In this document: positions 59,331-64,000 of the stretch, piece by piece
Layout of the letters: the number at the start of each line of letters is the position of its first letter
Numbering within the stretch: the stretch's first letter is position 1
Assembly (NCBI GenBank): GCA_963925515.1
Contig: CAWURU010000001.1
Coordinates: 10,246-74,245 of the forward strand
Origin: an uncultured Flavobacteriales bacterium
Lineage (GTDB): Bacteria > Bacteroidota > Bacteroidia > Flavobacteriales > Schleiferiaceae
Direction of reading: 5' to 3'
DNA: 64,000 bases
Notes under the pieces: model-generated
Seen by the model: only the letters and a program-made list of their open reading frames with translations
Told to the model about the DNA's origin: nothing
Databases searched by the model: none
Program-made: the position numbers and the translations under genes

Positions 59331-59996
59331 ATGAGCACAGAAGTAAAACAAAAAGAGTCTTTATTCTCTAAGAAGAATCAAAAGCTACTTTCAGATCCTT
59401 TTAATGACGATAATCCTATTACAGTACAGGTACTTGGTGTTTGTTCTGCACTTGCGATCACTGTGAAATTAGAGCCTGCAATTGTAATGTCACTTTCTGT
59501 GATGTTTGTATTAGGAGCTGGTAACGTAATCATTTCGTTGATTCGTAATCTGATTCCTAATCGTATTCGAATTATAGTTCAGCTGGTAGTGGTTGCTTCT
59601 TTAGTCATCTTGGTGGATCAATTTTTAAGAGCTTTCGCATATGATGTGAGTAAGCAGCTTTCTGTATTTGTTGGTCTAATCATTACCAATTGTATTATCA
59701 TGGGACGTTTCGAGGCTTTCGCTCTAGCAAATGGACCATGGAAAGCATTTATGGATGGTATCGGTAACGCGATCGGCTATGGTGCTGTTTTGATCGCTGT
59801 GGCTTTTTTCCGCGAACTATTAGGATCAGGATCATTGCTAGGTATCCAGATCATTCCGGATAGTTGGTACATCGCCAATGGAGGATTTTATGCGAACAAT
59901 GGATTCATGCTTTTCCCGCCAATGGCACTTATCGTAGTTGGCTTGATCATATGGGCCCAACGCGCACGCAACACTAAACTCATCGAAGAAAACTAG
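59331..59996 (+). CDS. nqrD: Na+-NQR subunit D
   Basis: 221 aa from ATG at 59331 (the track start at 59286 overlaps nqrC). Polytopic, with [14 protein letters not shown]. Confidence 0.9.
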   Translation: MSTEVKQKESLFSKKNQKLLSDPFNDDNPITVQVLGVCSALAITVKLEPAIVMSLSVMFVLGAGNVIISLIRNLIPNRIRIIVQLVVVASLVILVDQFLRAFAYDVSKQLSVFVGLIITNCIIMGRFEAFALANGPWKAFMDGIGNAIGYGAVLIAVAFFRELLGSGSLLGIQIIPDSWYIANGGFYANNGFMLFPPMALIVVGLIIWAQRARNTKLIEEN

Positions 59997-60003
59997 ACTC
60001 GCC

Positions 60004-60624
60004 ATGGGACAAGAATTAGTAAACTTATTCGTTCGCTCAATTTTTATTGAGAACATGATCTTCGCATACTTCCTTGGTATGTGTTCTTACTTAGCGGTAT
60101 CTAAAACTGTCAAAACAGCAGTTGGTCTAGGTATTGCAGTAACTTTTGTATTGACAATTACCCTTCCCGTGAACTGGTTGCTTGAAAATTATGTTTTAAA
60201 AGCAGGAGCACTTTCTTGGTTAGGTGATGGATTCACGGATGTTGACTTAAGCTTCTTGTCTTTCATCATGTTCATTGCGGTGATTGCATCAATGGTACAG
60301 TTAATTGAGATGATTGTTGAGAAATTTGCGCCAGCATTGTACAGTGCATTGGGAGTTTTTTTACCCCTTATTGCAGTAAACTGTTCTATCCTAGGTGGGT
60401 CCTTGTTTATGCAAGAACGCGCGTTTGGTACCATAGCTGAAGCAACAGTATATGGCATAGGATCTGGAGTGGGCTGGTTTTTGGCTATTGTAGCTATCGC
60501 TGCAATTAGGGAGAAAATCCGTTATTCAAATGTTCCTGCTCCTTTACGTGGCCTCGGGATAACCTTTATTATTACGGGTTTAATGGGTATTGCGTTTATG
60601 AGCTTCATGGGTATTAAATTATAA
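60004..60624 (+). CDS. nqrE: Na+-NQR subunit E
   Basis: 206 aa polytopic protein. [11 protein letters not shown] and [10 protein letters not shown] motifs. Confidence 0.9.
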   Translation: MGQELVNLFVRSIFIENMIFAYFLGMCSYLAVSKTVKTAVGLGIAVTFVLTITLPVNWLLENYVLKAGALSWLGDGFTDVDLSFLSFIMFIAVIASMVQLIEMIVEKFAPALYSALGVFLPLIAVNCSILGGSLFMQERAFGTIAEATVYGIGSGVGWFLAIVAIAAIREKIRYSNVPAPLRGLGITFIITGLMGIAFMSFMGIKL

Positions 60625-60639
60625 TAAGCACAGTTAGCT

Positions 60640-61941
60640 ATGTTTTTATCTAGCACAGTAGTAATTTCTTCAGTTGTCGTTTTTGTAGTGGTAATCCTAT
60701 TGTTGGTAACCATTCTTTTACAGGCAAAAGCACGCTTGTCCCCAAGTGGACCGGTTAAATTAAACATCAATGGAGATGATGTCGAAGTAGAATCAGGAAC
60801 AACACTGCTCACAACATTGAGTAGCCAGAAAATCTTCTTACCATCTGCGTGTGGTGGTGGTGGAACCTGTGGTATGTGTAAGTGTCAGGTTACCGAAGGT
60901 GGTGGCGAAATACTTCCCACTGAAACGGGCTTCTTTAACCGAAAAGAGATCGCTGATCAGTGGCGTTTAGGTTGCCAGATCAAAGTGAAAAATGACATGA
61001 CCGTTAAGGTGCCAGAGGAGATTTTTGGTATTAAGAAATGGGAGTGTGAAGTTGTTTCAAATTACAATGTCTCTACCTTCATTAAGGAGTATGTAGTTAA
61101 ACTTCCTGATGGGGAGACCTTAGATTTTGAGGCTGGGGGTTACATCCAAATTGATGTTCCAGCTTTAACAGTTGACTTCAAAGATATAGACATTACGTCT
61201 CATCCTAAGTTAGGAAAAGCATCAGACGAGTTTCAAACAGAATGGGATAAGTTCAAGTTGTGGGACCTTAAAATGGTGAATCCAGAGCCGTTATTCAGAG
61301 CTTACTCTATGGCAAATCATCCAGCAGAGGGTAACATAGTTATGCTGAACATTAGAGTTGCTACGCCTCCGTTTGACCGCAAGAAAGGTGGATGGATGGA
61401 TGTTAATCCAGGTGTTTGTTCATCATTTGTATTTGGTCAAAAACCAGGTGATAAAGTTACGATCTCGGGTCCTTACGGAGAATTCTTCATTAAAGATACT
61501 GAATCTGAAATGCTCTATATTGGAGGTGGTGCGGGAATGGCGCCTATGCGTTCTCATTTGTTCCACTTGTTCCATACGTTGAAAACTGGACGTAAAGTGA
61601 GTTACTGGTACGGCGGTCGATCTAAAAGAGAATTGTTCTACTTGGAGGATTTTCGCCAGATAGAGGAGCAGTTTCCTAACTTCAAATTTCACTTGGTCTT
61701 GTCTGAACCTTTACCGGAAGACAATTGGACTGCTAAGGATAGTATGGACGCTGATGGCGACGGATTCGTTGGTTTTGTTCATCAGGCATTGATAGATAAC
61801 TACCTGGATTTACATGATGCTCCGGAAGATATTGAATACTATTTCTGTGGTCCACCACTGATGAATGCAGCCGTTCTGAAAATGGTTGATGACCTAGGTG
61901 TTCCTCCAGAAAACGTGAGCTTTGATGACTTCGGTGGTTAA
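60640..61941 (+). CDS. nqrF: Na+-NQR subunit F
   Basis: 433 aa. N-terminal TM helix, 2Fe-2S motif [15 protein letters not shown] motif [13 protein letters not shown]-binding C-terminus. Confidence 0.93.
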   Translation: MFLSSTVVISSVVVFVVVILLLVTILLQAKARLSPSGPVKLNINGDDVEVESGTTLLTTLSSQKIFLPSACGGGGTCGMCKCQVTEGGGEILPTETGFFNRKEIADQWRLGCQIKVKNDMTVKVPEEIFGIKKWECEVVSNYNVSTFIKEYVVKLPDGETLDFEAGGYIQIDVPALTVDFKDIDITSHPKLGKASDEFQTEWDKFKLWDLKMVNPEPLFRAYSMANHPAEGNIVMLNIRVATPPFDRKKGGWMDVNPGVCSSFVFGQKPGDKVTISGPYGEFFIKDTESEMLYIGGGAGMAPMRSHLFHLFHTLKTGRKVSYWYGGRSKRELFYLEDFRQIEEQFPNFKFHLVLSEPLPEDNWTAKDSMDADGDGFVGFVHQALIDNYLDLHDAPEDIEYYFCGPPLMNAAVLKMVDDLGVPPENVSFDDFGG

Positions 61942-61960
61942 TCTAAATTTTTATATTAAA

Positions 61961-61990
61961 AAGCCGCTTCGAAAGGAGCGGCTTTTTTTT
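61961..61990 (+). terminator. Rho-independent terminator (or attenuator) between nqrF and apbE
   Basis: Stem AAGCCGCTTC, loop GAAA, stem GGAGCGGCTT (one G-U), followed by T7-8. Lies 20 nt after the nqrF stop. Confidence 0.8.
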
Positions 61991-62002
61991 AGTTTTGATA
62001 TT

Positions 62003-62995
62003 ATGGTTAAAGTAGGCTCATTCATTTCATTGTTGTTTTTAATTGCTTGCAGCTCCGCGCCGGAATTGGTTCAAATGACCAATCAAGGTCCTGCTCAGGG
62101 GAGTACTTATAGCATTAGTTATCTCGTTCCGGTCGGTGTTGATCATCGCGAGGATATAGATAGTATTCTTCTTGAAATGGACCATCAAATGTCACTCTGG
62201 GTAAATGAAAGTGATCTGTCACGTCTCAATCGTGGAGATACGATTCTTTTAAGTAGTGACCTCGCTGAAGTGCTTCGTCGATCAAAGGAATATGCATTAC
62301 TTACGGATGGGAATTTTGATGTGACCATTGCACCGTTAATTAAGTCTTGGGGTTTTTCCGGAGGATCTTATAACGAATACGTAAACATTGATAGTCTCAT
62401 GACATTTGTAGGAAGTCAGTTTATAATAGAGCCATGGAAGGACTCTATATATTGGCTTCCAAAAGGATGTCAAATTGATGTTAATGGAATAGCTCAAGGT
62501 TATACGGTAGACAGAATAGCCGACTTTTTGACCCATAGAGGTATCGTTAATTATTTAGTAGAGGTAGGAGGAGAGGTTATTTGTTCGGGCGTAAAAATCT
62601 CTGGAGATGCATGGAGAATAGGTATTGATATGCCCACTGAAGACAGGGGAAAAGGTATGTTCCAGACGATAGTCACATTGGACTCCATGGCGCTTGCAAC
62701 AAGCGGAAACTACAGAAAGTATTGGGTGAATGACAAAGGACAGAAAGTCGTTCATTCTATCAATCCAAAAACAGGTTATCCTGTGGTGAGTAATTTACTG
62801 AGTTCGAGTGTTATAGCTCCAACCGCGGTATTAGCGGATGCCTTAGGTACGGCATGTATGATTATGGGAGTCGAAAGAGCTTCTAGTTTTATTGAATCTT
62901 TGCCTCATGTGGAGGGCTATTTCATTGTAAGTAATAAACTAGGGAATATTGAAGTGGTCACTACCTCAGGCTGGGAGCCTTATGAATTTAAGTAA
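62003..62995 (+). CDS. apbE: FAD:protein FMN transferase (ApbE), lipoprotein
   Basis: 330 aa from ATG at 62003. Lipobox LIAC. DVNGIAQGYTVD and ATSGNYRKY motifs. The track extension from 61922 runs through the terminator hairpin. Confidence 0.88.
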   Translation: MVKVGSFISLLFLIACSSAPELVQMTNQGPAQGSTYSISYLVPVGVDHREDIDSILLEMDHQMSLWVNESDLSRLNRGDTILLSSDLAEVLRRSKEYALLTDGNFDVTIAPLIKSWGFSGGSYNEYVNIDSLMTFVGSQFIIEPWKDSIYWLPKGCQIDVNGIAQGYTVDRIADFLTHRGIVNYLVEVGGEVICSGVKISGDAWRIGIDMPTEDRGKGMFQTIVTLDSMALATSGNYRKYWVNDKGQKVVHSINPKTGYPVVSNLLSSSVIAPTAVLADALGTACMIMGVERASSFIESLPHVEGYFIVSNKLGNIEVVTTSGWEPYEFK

Positions 62996-62998
62996 TTC

Positions 62999-63199
62999 TT
63001 AAGCAGGTTTTCCTTCACACGCGTTAGGGTCTTTCCCACAAAATGAGCAAGTTTCACCATCCTTATTTAGGAAAGGACTTTGAGACGCACAAGTACCTGC
63101 GAATTCTCCATCTTTTTTAGCCCAAATCTTTATTGCGATTCCCGCAACACCAAGACCTAATAATACAATGCTGATTCCAATGAGCTTCAGTGCTACCAT
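62999..63199 (-). CDS. nqrM: (Na+)-NQR maturation protein NqrM (DUF539)
   Basis: 66 aa. One TM helix followed by four Cys (GTCASQ...ETCSFCGKDPNACEG). Adjacent to apbE. Confidence 0.75.
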   Translation of the reverse strand: MVALKLIGISIVLLGLGVAGIAIKIWAKKDGEFAGTCASQSPFLNKDGETCSFCGKDPNACEGKPA

Positions 63200-63349
63200 G
63201 AGGGGGTGATTTTAAGAGATATAAAGTTACAATTTAATGTACAAAAAACGTGCCTCAGTCAATTGTCTGTTATTCTAAGACATAACTATAATTCCGTCAT
63301 TCTGTAGCGTACCTTTACCAAACCATTTTAACTATAAATCACAGAAAGT

Positions 63350-64000
63350 ATGAAGATTACGGTTGTAGGTGCCGGTAACGTAGGTGCCACAGTTGCAGAA
63401 AACATGGTTCGTCGCGAATTGGCAGAAGAAATTGTGTTACTCGACATCAAAGAAGGTTTTGCTGAAGGTAAAGCCATGGACATGAATCAAACTGCTACAT
63501 TAAACGGTTTCGATTCAAAAGTTGTGGGCTCTACAAATGATTATTCTAAAACTGCTGGTTCAACAGTTGCGGTGATCACTTCAGGCATTCCTCGTAAGCC
63601 AGGAATGACACGTGAAGAACTGATTGGCACGAATGCTAGGATTGTTCAAATGGTAACGGAGAGTTTGATCAAGCACAGTCCGGATATCATTATTGTGGTT
63701 ATTTCTAACCCAATGGATACCATGACTTACTTGACGAATAAGACTTCTGGTTTACTTAAAAATCGCATCATAGGTATGGGAGGTATTCTTGATTCTGCAA
63801 GATTCAAATACCGTTTATCTGAGCAATTGAATTGTTCTCCTAACGACCTTCAAGCTCAGGTGATCGGCGGTCATGGCGATACTACCATGATTCCATTGAT
63901 CAATCATGCTACTTATAATAGCATTCCGGTAACTCAGTTTTTGAGTCAGGACCAACAGGATCATGTGGTTTCAGAAACTATGGTTGGTGGTAAGACATTG
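63350..64000 (+). CDS. mdh: Malate dehydrogenase (LDH-like family), 5' portion truncated by the window end
   Basis: ATG at 63350, open to the window end (217 codons). MKITVVGAGNVGAT NAD motif, ISNPMD and MGGILDSARF. Confidence 0.9.
   Translation, partial: MKITVVGAGNVGATVAENMVRRELAEEIVLLDIKEGFAEGKAMDMNQTATLNGFDSKVVGSTNDYSKTAGSTVAVITSGIPRKPGMTREELIGTNARIVQMVTESLIKHSPDIIIVVISNPMDTMTYLTNKTSGLLKNRIIGMGGILDSARFKYRLSEQLNCSPNDLQAQVIGGHGDTTMIPLINHATYNSIPVTQFLSQDQQDHVVSETMVGGKTL

Noticed and set aside
1-64000. A search for CRISPR arrays, transposases/IS ends, integrases, phage genes, toxin-antitoxin pairs, restriction-modification systems or other defence systems.
   Set aside because: No spaced direct-repeat array was found. 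The only tandem repeat is the coding 18-bp array at 35914-36039. No ORF shows the motifs of these families. Gene content is uniformly core metabolism, translation and envelope functions.

Overview
This is a dense chromosomal core segment, roughly 95% coding and dominated by housekeeping genes. It almost certainly comes from a member of Bacteroidota (Flavobacteriia-like). The evidence is: GldF/GldG gliding-motility ABC components, a DUF5103 (T9SS plug-like) gene, a short 287-aa primary sigma factor, L31 type B, no visible Shine-Dalgarno sequences, and exact TAnnTTTG -7 promoter boxes 19-60 nt upstream of 13 start sites.

I call about 57 protein genes, one tRNA-Glu(UUC) and several clear rho-independent terminators. 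The protein genes include:
- Amino-acid and nucleotide metabolism: pruA, serC-serA, purC, purL, folE.
- Translation and transcription: cysS, proS, pheT, rpmE, rpsO, rpsT, pnp, rpoD.
- Replication and repair: dnaN, recG.
- Envelope: lgt, yidD.
- Respiration: a complete Na+-NQR locus, nqrABCDEF-apbE-nqrM.
- Other: rpe, pepT, mdh.

Many N-termini in the supplied ORF track are over-extended. I re-placed them using signal peptides, neighbouring stop codons and promoter boxes.

I see no transposase, integrase, phage, CRISPR, toxin-antitoxin or defence-island signature, and no rRNA.

The best candidate for something undescribed is a tightly coupled two-gene envelope module at 33939-36483. It pairs a lipoprotein carrying an Asn/Gly/Tyr hexapeptide-repeat low-complexity domain with a FadL/PorV-like outer-membrane barrel. 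Secondary points of interest are:
- a GldF-GldG single-chain fusion;
- a DUF1015-YggS-(DnaQ exonuclease/GIY-YIG) translationally coupled trio next to serCA;
- overlapping divergent promoters between a ferredoxin gene and a LuxC-like reductase gene;
- the layout of the nqr locus.

All functional calls rest on motif-level recognition by eye. No database search or computation was run.
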